DNA of 62,097 nucleotides, the filler included, from Stramenopiles sp. TOSAG23-3 (lineage: Eukaryota), in the NCBI GenBank assembly GCA_900128585.1. It is 21 parts of 21 records of this genome, joined end to end, with 100 filler letters (N's around TTAATTAATTAA, not from the genome) between each part and the next. Parts side by side here need not be neighbours in the genome. Positions count along the whole stretch, not along the records: positions 17,908 to 20,782 come from LT644549.1; positions 20,883 to 23,756 come from LT644550.1; positions 23,857 to 26,729 come from LT644551.1; positions 26,830 to 29,692 come from LT644552.1; positions 29,793 to 32,651 come from LT644553.1; 16 more parts are not named here. One strand, written 5' to 3'. The position numbers were made by a program, and so were the translations under genes. Of the stretch, positions 19,813-29,914 are shown in pieces. Within the stretch, counting starts at the first letter, position 1. Each line of letters starts with the position of its first letter. The notes below the pieces were generated by a model. That model had not been told where the DNA came from. It was given only the letters and a program-made list of their open reading frames with translations, and did no database searches.

Positions 19813-20766
19813 CTAATCCCTGAAAACATCGTCGACAGCGTCTTTCTCCATGCTCAAGTCTTCCGATCGCGCCTGTCGGTTTGTTCGGGCTTGGATCCGG
19901 CTGGCGTACACCGTCCCCTTCCTCCCCTTTTCGATGGCTCTAGCAGTGTTTGGGGAGACGTACTCACTGTTTTGGAATAGCGTCTGGCCAGAAAAACTTC
20001 CGCTAAAGATGCGTATGGGCTGCAGAACGAACCGCGGGCCTATTTCTACCAGTTTGTTCGTAACGTTTCCCTTGCGGACGTCCCTTTGCAGCTGCTTTTC
20101 ATTCAAATTACCCTCCACGATCTGGAAATTACGGAACCAAATGCGCCCGTCCAAGACGCTGAAATTGATCACGTGGTCTATAAAGGGCTTGCTCTTTGGG
20201 TGCCCCAAGGGAGTGCCAAATATTTGGGTGAACAGCTCCTTTAGCAGCTTAAGGTGCGGCTCCTTGTCGAACGCGGCGTCGAACGACAGGACGGGGCGCG
20301 ACCCTTTCAAACAGTTCCCGGTCAAGCGCAACTCTTCCATCGTATGCACGTTTTGCACCAAAAATTTGCAGGACGGGCCGAAGGGGGTGGCCGACGCCCA
20401 CAGATACAAATCCTTTCGTTTTCGAAACTCGAAAAAGAGTGCGGTGTTGCAACTCTTCATCTCTGCTATTTCGTTGATTGCGGTCAGTTCCCGCTTCGTA
20501 TCGAGCTTGACGTCGCGCTTGTGGTGGGGTAGCAACGACCGAAGGTCTCCCATCAAGTGGCGGTACGACGCGACTGCCCCGCGGGAGCACAGCATAAGGC
20601 ACCGTTGCTTGTTCACGTACTTCATCGGGTATTTTTTATTCTCACTGCTCTCGGATGCGGACGCGCTCTCCTTGGGACCAGAATCATCCCCACGCTTCTT
20701 TTTTTTCTTCCCGCCCAACGTTTTGCGGTTGGCCGCAGCTCCTTTCTGGTACGTCGTTTTCCCCAT
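19813..20766 (-). CDS. BRX1: Ribosome biogenesis protein Brx1 (Brix domain)
   Basis: NKQR.L...SRG...YRHLM.DL..LLPH, KF.VQNVHTMEEL.LTGNCLKGSRP.LSFD, KSKPFIDHV..F...DGRIWFRN.QI, LVEIGPRFVL..IRIF.GSF.G. Confidence 0.97.
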   Translation of the reverse strand: MGKTTYQKGAAANRKTLGGKKKKKRGDDSGPKESASASESSENKKYPMKYVNKQRCLMLCSRGAVASYRHLMGDLRSLLPHHKRDVKLDTKRELTAINEIAEMKSCNTALFFEFRKRKDLYLWASATPFGPSCKFLVQNVHTMEELRLTGNCLKGSRPVLSFDAAFDKEPHLKLLKELFTQIFGTPLGHPKSKPFIDHVINFSVLDGRIWFRNFQIVEGNLNEKQLQRDVRKGNVTNKLVEIGPRFVLQPIRIFSGSFSGQTLFQNSEYVSPNTARAIEKGRKGTVYASRIQARTNRQARSEDLSMEKDAVDDVFRD

Positions 20767-20883
20767 GGCAATCGGTCGGTCGNNNNNNNNNNNNNNNNNN
20801 NNNNNNNNNNNNNNNNNNNNNNNNNNTTAATTAATTAANNNNNNNNNNNNNNNNNNNNNNNNNNNNNNNNNNNNNNNNNNNNC

Positions 20884-23756
20884 AACGGTTTGTGTGCAAC
20901 CGCCTGCAAAGTTTTCCGAGCGCATAGCCATATAGTTTGCTCTTCTCGTCCTGGAGTTGGGGCTGACCTAAAATTTACGGCGTGGGTAGGATACAATCGT
21001 AAGAGTGAGCCATCTTCCGCAACGTTATCATATAGCAAACCAAATATTTCTAGTGTATCGATTGCAGGAAGCTATTTGGACACAAGAGGTTCGGCTGGCC
21101 AACAAAATTCTTTGATCGTAATCAGAGGTACAAACCTTGGCCCGGCTCTTCGTTCCTTTGACGGATGTTTTGGACTTTCGTTTTTGAACCAGGCAGGTGT
21201 TTCAGGGAGTTATGGACTCGGTTCTGAAACTTTTTCATCTGAATGCTTTATTTCTGTAGATAATTTGGAAGCAAAGTGCTCGTGGTCACCAGGTGTTGGC
21301 GAACACTTAATTTTTATATTTGCCAGTGGTGGTCAACAAAGTGAAAGTGTGAATACGATTAGCTTGACCTATTTTGCGCCTGAGTTGTATCAAATATCTG
21401 GCCCAGGATCATCTGAGGCCTCCACTGCAGGTGGTCAATCAGTATATTTAACCGGCGATTATTTTGGTCCGTTACACACGTCGCAGTCGTTGCTGGAAGT
21501 AACATACGGAACATTCCCAGATGCATGGATCGTTGGTAACGTGTTTTATCCGCCATATACCGCATCTTGCACAATTTTAGGGGCACACACACAGTTGCTG
21601 TGTTCAACGAGTCCTGGAACGGGGAAAAATCATAGTTGGAAGATTGAAATTGCTGGGCAAGCATTGTCGGGAGATGGTTTTTTTCATGCTGGGACATCGT
21701 ACGGAGCCCCGATAATTTTCCGCTTGGATGACATCGAATACAATCCAATGACGACTGGTTTGACTACTGGAGGGGAGACTGTAGTCATAACTGGCCGCAA
21801 TTTTGGCCCTGTAGGATACACAGACAAAGTCAACATTCGAGCTTGGTACGGGGGGAAAAAAGGAGAAGAGAGCGTTTTGTTTTATGCAACAAACTGCACG
21901 GTAACAACCAGCCATACCGAAATTAGGTGTTTATCAGGGCCGGGAGCGGGTGCTGTGCAGCCTTGGCAACTCACAGTTGACGGCCAGAGCAGTATATCCC
22001 CTAGTATCAGTTATGGCGCCCCAGTGATTTTTAGCTTAAGTGGCATTGGCGCTTTTCAAGGTAACGGCAATGGTGGGGAACTGGTGATAATAAAGGGTGA
22101 TAATTTTGGTCCCCCAGATCGCCCGGAATTTTTTGATGGCGTCTCTTATGGCGAAACTGGTAATGAGTACACGGCTTTATGCATTCAGTTTAGTCACCAA
22201 ACAATCCATTGCAATACCTCGTCTGGCATCGGTGACTTACTGTATTGGCGTGTCCAAATAAAAGGGCAGGCAAACGAGTTGACAACGAATGCAATATCAT
22301 CGTACCAATCCCCCTGGATTACCCAATTTAGTGAATTTATTGATACAGATGTTGGCGAAGCGTCGCCCCTTCGACTCACGGGGACGAATTTGGGCGTCAG
22401 TGACAAGACAGCCATCATCATAGTCACAAAAAATCACGATGGGGTTCTTGTAGATCTACCCGTCACAGCATCGAGCATGCTACCCGGGGGTCTTCATGAA
22501 GTGTTCTTCGTAGCCCCGCATTTAACGTGCAAAGAATGTTCAGCTTCCTTCAAACTGGTTTTAAAGACGCGAAGTTTATCGGGGCGGGAGCAGGTATCGG
22601 GAGGGGACACCGAACAAGAAATTTACGTGGAATACAATCCACCAGAGCTGTCTTACATACACGTAGCGGATGGGTTGTCTGGCAATACAAGGCGATTGAC
22701 CCTCATTGGGTTAAATTTTGGGTCTAATGGGCATGTGTATAAGCATGGCGCACTAAATATTGCATCACCGAGCCTAATTTCTCAAATTATAGATGGCGCG
22801 TTACCCCCCGAGAACACGTACGTAATTTCCTATTCACACCGCAAAGTTGTTGTGGAATTTTATGGAACTACTGGTTCCATTTCCATCAAAAGAGCTCAGA
22901 TGCAAACTTCCCCAATGCCCTTCAACCAGCTATCACCATCAATTGTAGAATTTGGAAATTCATCGGCTGTCTTGTATCTTACATCTGATCAACTCTTTAC
23001 GGCAACAGAGCAAGTGTTTTATAGTGGTGAAATGCTCGCTGGCAGCACTTATCCGTTGTTCGCACCGGGCGATTGTAAGTCTGAAGCCCCCCCGGTCGAC
23101 AGTGGAGATGGTCTTCCCGGGTGTTCTTTTTTTGGAATCGAATACAACGATGAATTGAATAACTATGGCCTCCCCCCGTACGCTGGCGCTTCGCCCCTAG
23201 TTTTTCAAACGTCTGGGTATGACAATTTAACATCCCTTGGCTACCTGACATTTATCTGTAAATATTGTGATAAAGGGGATACAGTTATAATTACTATAGG
23301 GCATAAGAACAACAGTGCCATATGCCCGATTGATAAGTTGGGAAGAAAACCAGAAATTTTGATTTCCACTCAAACAGGGGAAGCAACAGCATATACCCGA
23401 CTCTCTTGCCAAATACCTCCATTTGAAGGCAAAAATGTACCTGTCGTTTTGTCTCGCGGTGCTTCCAAAACCTTACCGTTCTATATTTCCTATCGCCCCC
23501 CTACAATATTCTATTTGGATTCTGAAACGAAAGAAGAGGATTGCTACGCCGCATTTTATCAGTCCAACGACGCCCTTTGCGAGAGTGTACCCGGCTGCGT
23601 TTGGGACGACGCGGAGAACAAGTGCATGTTATCTGTAGAAACATCGGGATGCATTATAGAAATTCATGGCTCAAACTTTGGAACAAAACATGCTGTTGCT
23701 TATTTTGGGGGGCTCGTTGGTGAAGCACGTGACGCTGTTAGACTCGATATCATATT
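20884..23756 (+). CDS. Large IPT/TIG-repeat extracellular or surface protein, internal fragment
   Basis: Repeated Y..P.I......T.GG..V.I.G.NFGP ... C....G.G...W units. The frame is open across the whole contig. Confidence 0.85.
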
Positions 23757-23858
23757 NNNNNNNNNNNNNNNNNNNNNNNNNNNNNNNNNNNNNNNNNNNN
23801 TTAATTAATTAANNNNNNNNNNNNNNNNNNNNNNNNNNNNNNNNNNNNNNNNNNNNTG

Positions 23859-25973
23859 ATCGACTTGACGATGGAGGAATGCAAATCCGAAGTAGACCCA
23901 GTGGCAGCGTCGGAAAAATTGAAGGGGTTGCACTCGTTCTTTCAGAAAGTCCAGCGCGAGGTCTCCGAGGAACGAAGGGCCAGGGGCCCCGTGCTAGCAT
24001 TTGTCGCCTTAGAGCACGCTGCCCGAACGTTTCGACGAAGCTCAGGGTCAGGTGGGCAAGAAAGTTGGGAGGTTGTCATGGTAAACGGCCAGAGCGTAGA
24101 GTTGGGAGACACGTCTGGGGCGCATTTGTTAGAGAAAATGGTCACGTACATTGGTATTTTTGGAACCAAGACGTGCTGCTTCAGCGACCTGCGAAAGTAC
24201 CTCAGTGATTTTACAGAAAATTCGGACGGAAAAGTGTCCGACGAAGTTAGAGGAAAGTTTTTGCAGTATCTGCGCGAACTTGGAAAGGAGCACGAACTGA
24301 AAGACGAAGGCAAAAATTTGGAGATGGGGATCGCTCGAAAGCACGTGTACACGTATACCTTGGTGAACCAGCTGTTAGTCTATTTAGGGTATGTGGGAAA
24401 CGAACAAGAGCTGGTCGAGTCGTTGGTAAGGCAGTGGTCCCTATCTTTGAAATACAACCCGGGCAGTGGTGAAACGGAGGCGGCGGGGAAAGCGAAAAGC
24501 GCCAAGTCAATGCGGGAAGTGCAATGTGGAGACACGTTGATGCTGATGGCTACGAACATTTTGATGAATGTTGCTTCAAAGAGTGAGTCAGCGCTAGGTC
24601 GTCGGCAGCATTTGCTGGAAGCCCTAGGTATGCTTCACTACGGCCTCGAGAAAAGCCCGTACAACTTTCAACTGAAACTCAGCGCACTGAAATGCTACGA
24701 AAGTATCGCAGTATTTATGCCCGCAATTTCAATATTTTCTACCTTAAAAACGAAGCACATCCAGCTTGATACTCTCAGCCACTTGATATTCGATTGCGCC
24801 CTGAACAGTGGAAACACTAGGTTCATTTGCAGCCAATCGGAGCAGGTTCAGCGGTTCCACATTAAGAACGAAAGAGATCTTTTGGACGCCTCCAAGACAG
24901 CCTTCAGGCACAACAATGTCATGCAAATATTTGAGTTTATGAAGTTCAAGAACATGATGTCCCGTTCACACCGTCGATGTAGGGCGATGGTGGAAATAGC
25001 ATACAGAGAAATTTTCTTAGATCACACCTCATTCAAAGACCAGCAGGCGTTTATCGCATCGTCAGTTGGAGGGGCAGGCGAATCTAACAAGACATCGACC
25101 AGCGCAGTTTTCAACACGAGCGCGTCATTCTTAGACAACTTAGAAATGACCGAGGACGATGGGGTAAGGTTGTCCTTTCGGCCCGAAACCGACGAAAACA
25201 GCAACGAAAAATTGAAGCGTGTGTCGGAGGTGAAGAAGATAGTAAGGTACCTCAAGGTTATGTTTGCACTCGAGAAAGGTGAACTGTCACTTATTGACAG
25301 CATGTTGGATTCCAAGCTGGCGGCCGGGACGGGGTTTGAAGAATCGGTCAGTTACAATATATTTACGGGAGTGAGGTACGCATTAGAGAAAGATGAGGGT
25401 CTCTCTGGCAAATCGATCAAGTACTTGGGTGCCGTGGTCGTATCACTGGGCCAAAACCATCAGTTGTCACAAGAGGCATTGCAAGCTGGGAAAGGGACAA
25501 ACGCGCTGCACGATGCTCTCCTTACACCATGCGTTAAGTTCATCAAGTACTGTTTTCCGGTCATCGTTTACTGCTTGCAACTTCTTATTTCAAAAAAAAA
25601 AGAATTGCGGGGAACGCAAAAGAAGAACAAAATCAAAAGTGGCAACGCCGGAGTGGAGAACCCATCGACTCTACTGAAACAGATGAACTTGGTATTTGAC
25701 AACTTTGACTTGTACCTTAAAGGCATGAGCAACGTGTTTTCTGTAGAGCAGAACAGGCTTTCAGAAATGAAAACGTCGGATGTTAACGCGGCAGTTGGGT
25801 TTGATGTAGCGGAGGCCGTGTGTAAATCAATAGTAGAGCAAGATGCACGTTACGAACTAGTTTTCCAAAAGATCTGTGATGGGCAGTTGGACAATATGGC
25901 GTCAATGGTTACCTCTTTCGATTCCGCACGTCAAGCTTTGAACAATTGCCGAAAGATGCTTAAAAACGTTTAA
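23859..25973 (+). CDS. NAA25: NatB N-acetyltransferase auxiliary subunit, 5'-partial
   Basis: K.CCFSDLR.YL, LE.GL..SPYNFQLKL, L..KHIQLDTLSHL, typical of the Mdm20/Naa25 family. Confidence 0.88.
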   Translation: MDLTMEECKSEVDPVAASEKLKGLHSFFQKVQREVSEERRARGPVLAFVALEHAARTFRRSSGSGGQESWEVVMVNGQSVELGDTSGAHLLEKMVTYIGIFGTKTCCFSDLRKYLSDFTENSDGKVSDEVRGKFLQYLRELGKEHELKDEGKNLEMGIARKHVYTYTLVNQLLVYLGYVGNEQELVESLVRQWSLSLKYNPGSGETEAAGKAKSAKSMREVQCGDTLMLMATNILMNVASKSESALGRRQHLLEALGMLHYGLEKSPYNFQLKLSALKCYESIAVFMPAISIFSTLKTKHIQLDTLSHLIFDCALNSGNTRFICSQSEQVQRFHIKNERDLLDASKTAFRHNNVMQIFEFMKFKNMMSRSHRRCRAMVEIAYREIFLDHTSFKDQQAFIASSVGGAGESNKTSTSAVFNTSASFLDNLEMTEDDGVRLSFRPETDENSNEKLKRVSEVKKIVRYLKVMFALEKGELSLIDSMLDSKLAAGTGFEESVSYNIFTGVRYALEKDEGLSGKSIKYLGAVVVSLGQNHQLSQEALQAGKGTNALHDALLTPCVKFIKYCFPVIVYCLQLLISKKKELRGTQKKNKIKSGNAGVENPSTLLKQMNLVFDNFDLYLKGMSNVFSVEQNRLSEMKTSDVNAAVGFDVAEAVCKSIVEQDARYELVFQKICDGQLDNMASMVTSFDSARQALNNCRKMLKNV

Positions 25974-26110
25974 TGGTGTATGACGCGAGGGAGAATGTTG
26001 TAAACATGATTGCCTGCAAAAAAAATTTGTTTTGTTTAATCTATCTTTTAGGAAAAAGTTTACATCGTTCTCCTTTTTCACAGTCTCTTTTTTACACAAT
26101 TTGTTTTTTT

Positions 26111-26247
26111 AACTAAATTAGGTTTTTTTCCTTCTTCTTTACAAGAAGGGTGAAATTTGTTGTACCCCACGCTACTTATAATTTAGATTAAACTGAATTA
26201 GGTTTTTTTCTTCTTCTTCACAAGACGGGTGAAATTTGTTGCACCTC
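26111..26247. repeat. Imperfect tandem duplication of about 57 bp (80-bp period) in a 3' UTR region
   Basis: AACTAAATTAGGTTTTTTTCCTTCTTCTTTACAAGAAGGGTGAAATTTGTTGTACC versus AACTGAATTAGGTTTTTTTCTTCTTCTTCACAAGACGGGTGAAATTTGTTGCACC. Confidence 0.9.
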
Positions 26248-26728
26248 AGCATCGCCTATCCCCTTTCTTTCTCGACCTTAAATCGAGCAATTCTTCTCTA
26301 CTCAAACTCTCAGCCACCGATTCTGAAACCAACTTGTAGCTGCCCTGGCCTTGCTTTTCCCGGTAGGTCAGCTTCAAGGAACTTGTGCCAGTTGCTTCAC
26401 TCTCCTGCATTCTAAGCTCTGTCAACTTCTGCTCACGCTCCTTGATAATATCCTGCTCCGATTTCTTCTTTTTCATTATGAAAAATGGTACACCCGCAAC
26501 GATGTCTTTACTGAATGGTGAACTGATGGAGAGACTAGTCTTCCCTAACACAAACTTTACTAGCTTTAACTCTTCTTTCCCAGAGTTTGGGTGCAGAACA
26601 CCAAAAGCGTCTTTGTCAGACAGCTGTTTCTTGAAGTCCGTGTCTATGCCCGTAACGGTAGTGCCGCTTGAAATTACCTTGCCCTTCCCCACTTCTCTTA
26701 CCAGCTCATACGGAGTTTCCTTTGTATT
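26246..26728 (-). CDS. Conserved-looking hypothetical protein, 5'-partial
   Basis: G.G....SGTTV.G..T.F motif and C-terminal SREELLDLRSRKKGDRRC. The frame is open to the contig end. Confidence 0.75.
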   Translation of the reverse strand, partial: NTKETPYELVREVGKGKVISSGTTVTGIDTDFKKQLSDKDAFGVLHPNSGKEELKLVKFVLGKTSLSISSPFSKDIVAGVPFFIMKKKKSEQDIIKEREQKLTELRMQESEATGTSSLKLTYREKQGQGSYKLVSESVAESLSREELLDLRSRKKGDRRC

Positions 26729-26829
26729 TNNNNNNNNNNNNNNNNNNNNNNNNNNNNNNNNNNNNNNNNNNNNTTAATTAATTAANNNNNNNNNNNNNNN
26801 NNNNNNNNNNNNNNNNNNNNNNNNNNNNN

Positions 26830-28029
26830 GTGGAACATTGGCCAGTGCGCTGTACCCAAAACTTTTGGGAGAACTCTGTTTTGCTTTGCCTGGAAATGCT
26901 TTTTCTTCGTCCAATTCAAGCAGCACCCCTTTGTTGTATATGTTCGCTTCGGGCAAATGTGCGATTTTCGAGTTGCCACTCTGAAACGGCCCAAACCGTT
27001 GTGACTGAGACCCAAAAGTTGCTTTTTTCCTCGTCCGCATTTTTTTTTGTGCTTCAGTTGCTTTTTCTTTTTTTACCGTGTAAAGTCGGTTTATTGTTTT
27101 CTTAGTCTTTTCGTCTGGTTCGCGAAGAGCCTTTTTGGGAATCAAATGGAGGACCTTCACGTTTTTTCGAGCAGCTGCAATTTCCTTTGTTTCTGCCATC
27201 TGCATGCATTGTCTCAAAATTTTATTTTCTACAACTATCCTTGACTGAAGCTCAGACTGCTTTGATCGTCGCAGTGCGACGACCATTTCTTTGGCCTGCT
27301 GCCGGGCTAGTGGGGCGTGAAAAAACGAGTCTTCTGCCTGCTGTGCCTGAAGCACGTTATCTACAACTGCTACACCATATGACTTGTCCATCTTTGCATG
27401 CTTCGGTCTCGACTGCTAATGCGGTGCACAACTTCTGCTGGAAGAAGCGCAACCACGGCTTCAATCGTTTTGGAAGCCTCTGCGACAACGGTTGTGTCCT
27501 TGGAGAACAAACATGCGTGCAATGGGTGAAGGCACGAATACACTGCTGGGGCAATCATATGAGGGTCGTAATCGCCACCGCCAAGTTTCATGCAGGACAC
27601 AATGGTGCGGCGATGCGCGTAAATGGCCCGCATCCAGCGAAGGATGTCCGCTGCACGGCCCTTGTCAGCGCCCCATGCCATTCCACGCGACAGTGCGCCT
27701 GGAGCGCGCAGCAAAGCGATCGCCTGGTCGGGAGCAATCTTGAGGGACTGACACAGGATTATCAGCCACACCTCTCCGAAACTTTCCGCCGCGGATGGCG
27801 GTAAGTTCGGCTCGTCTATTAACCGCTTGGATATCTGTGCAAAAAACTCATCGTTCACCTGCTGCTGGGGTGGTGCCTGGGCCGTCGCCTGCGGTTGGCC
27901 CAGCTGAGCCGGCATTTGTTGTGCTTGCATCTGTGGAATTTGTTGCCTGCCTTGCGGATCAATATAAGAGTATACGTTAATGGTTTGACCCGGTTGCGGC
28001 TGAGGCTGCTGCATTTGGGGTTGTTGCAT
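26830..28029 (-). CDS. Hypothetical Q-rich protein split into two overlapping frames (28029..27370 and 27391..26830), 3'-partial
   Basis: Two coding-like ORFs overlap by 22 nt in different frames, with no AT-rich intergenic gap between them. Confidence 0.6.
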
Positions 28030-29086
28030 CGTCTACCTAAGTTTTTAGAACGGACAGGTTCAGAAACTAATTCCAAAACGAAACAAACCTCTAAAAATTA
28101 ACCTAAACCACCAAATCGATTCGTATTGACTCCGTAACTTTTCCAAAAGACAGACAAACACAAAGAAAAAGAATGATTGGAACAATGCAATTTTATCAAG
28201 CACCAAAATGTAATCATCTAGAGAACAAAATGTTTATATATTTTTAAATAAAAAAAATAATTATTTTAAAATGATCTCTCATCTCTGCTCAAATTAAGGA
28301 TATATTCATTAATATTAATTGTCGCTTTGCGCAATCAACCATTATTACTATTAATTATCGAAGCGATATTTTAATATATTCAATATCGACCGGTAAAAGC
28401 CCTTAACAGTCGAAGGGACTTTTTACTCAGTTAATGGCTTTCTCTTCTATGGTATTTCAATATAAAATGGATTTTTATTTTCCCGGACGAACTTCATTCT
28501 AAATATAGACTGTTCGTTTCAATTTAAGCTATTTATTTACAAAAATAATAATTAATTACGTAATAAATAATATATTTTCACTTCTCGAGAAAGCGGTAGT
28601 AATATTTTTAAAACACCTTAATATTATATCTATAAAACCTTATTAATAGTCCTGTCGTCTCCTCGTAGTAGTACATTATAATTGGGGTTCAATCCACTAG
28701 AATTTTCTGAAGAAGACCATAATAATAATACCGGTATTACATTGTGTTACGGTGGTGTGTGTCACGATGACAGAAAAAAGGACTAATTATTTGAAGAAGT
28801 GCGTATTATTAATTAGGATGCTGTGTTCTATTAGCTATAATAATAATAAGTGTGTTTACACGAGGATTTGTGTTGTTGTTGATGATATGAAGAAGATTAT
28901 TATAGAAAACGTATTATTATAATTTATACTACTACCGTTCTCATCTCTATGGACAATCAACGATTGCACTTCTGAAAGGTGACGGGAAATTTCCGGGATG
29001 GCGTTAGAAGAAGAAGCACAATATTCAACAAAGTCACGGAGTTAAAAGTTGAATTTATTGAACATTTCATCAAGCAAGAGATTTAA

Positions 29087-29256
29087 AAAGAAACGTTCCA
29101 GAAGACACAAGCGAGACGGCAAACAAACAGAGCACCAAAGTCCATTCCAGCTGCGCAGGCGAAGGAAGAGTTTTCAAAAGAAACGTTCCAAAAGACACAA
29201 GCGAGACAACAAACAAACAGAACACCAAAGTCCATTCCGGCTACGCAGGCGAAGGA
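29087..29256 (+). repeat. 90-bp-period tandem repeat, two copies
   Basis: AAAGAAACGTTCCA.AAGACACAAGCGAGAC...AAACAAACAGA.CACCAAAGTCCATTCC.GCT.CGCAGGCGAAGGA at about 29087 and 29177. Confidence 0.9.
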
Positions 29257-29314
29257 GACGCTTTTACGAAGGCAAATACCGTTTCCCTTTCTTGGGGTTT
29301 TACAGTGGGTTGCG

Positions 29315-29613
29315 ATGCAATTTTCCGCCAAACATGCTACGGTCCAACTAAAGACTCGGGGAGGAGAAAGTGAAGGTAATATCACAGAGTCTCTGACGAA
29401 CTTGTTCGTGGACGAGGAGGCAACTGACTTGGGCCAAGAAAACGATGAAGGCAGCGTTGAATACAAGCGAATGTTGGTCGATCCAACGCCCGAACGGTTC
29501 CAGCACTTGACCACACAAATGCAGTTTCGTCTGAATGAGGGGGAAGGGGAGTGCATATACCAGATTGGTTTTGATGACAACGGTGACGCCATAGGTATTC
29601 CGGAAGATGGAAT
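29315..29613 (+). CDS. GTP-binding protein GTPBP1/GTPBP2 family, N-terminal fragment truncated by a chimeric junction
   Basis: E..EG.VEYK..LV.P..ERFQHL.TQMQFRL.EG.GE.IYQIG..D.G...GI motif. After 29613 the sequence switches to an inverted copy of the contig start. Confidence 0.8.
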
Positions 29614-29692
29614 GAAGAAAAAGCATTTCCAGGCAAAGCAAAACAGAGTTCTCCCAAAAGTTTTGGGTACAGCGCACTGGCCAATGTTCCAC
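29614..29692. repeat. 79-bp exact inverted copy of contig start 26830..26908
   Basis: The reverse complement matches GTGGAACATTGG...GCTTTTTCTTC exactly. Confidence 0.95.
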
Positions 29693-29870
29693 NNNNNNNN
29701 NNNNNNNNNNNNNNNNNNNNNNNNNNNNNNNNNNNNTTAATTAATTAANNNNNNNNNNNNNNNNNNNNNNNNNNNNNNNNNNNNNNNNNNNNGTACTAAA
29801 CTGGAGGAACGTTGTCAGCTACTAGCACGCGTCCCTTAATTCCCAGATCTCACACCGTGATATCGTAACA

Positions 29871-29888
29871 GTTTATCAGACCCACGCG
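29871..29888 (+). promoter_or_regulatory. Putative half-tRNA primer-binding site directly after the LTR end (...TAACA)
   Basis: GTTTATCAGACCCACGCG; its reverse complement CGCG-TGGGT-CTGATAA-AC resembles a tRNA anticodon arm. It is analogous in position and form to the copia GGTTATGGGCCCAG PBS. Confidence 0.6.
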
Positions 29889-29914
29889 TCTAGATATTAA
29901 TTGAGTCAACCATT

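Noticed and set aside
6237-20766. Alternative genetic code
   Set aside because: Conserved genes end normally in TAA (VMA6, MAF1), TAG (BRX1) and TGA (GT31) with no internal stops.
19850-20830. Long antisense ORFs (also 13659..14735, 36341..37171, 47571..48569, 57047..58135)
   Set aside because: Shadow ORFs opposite well-supported genes, explained by codon bias.
26200-26251. Cys-UGA-Gly as a selenocysteine C-terminus (also GHC-TGA at 1826)
   Set aside because: No SECIS element recognised, neither protein resembles a redox family, and the downstream sequence looks like UTR.
26830-29692. DNA transposon or linear element with terminal inverted repeats
   Set aside because: No transposase; the repeat is host coding sequence that truncates a housekeeping gene, which fits a chimera.
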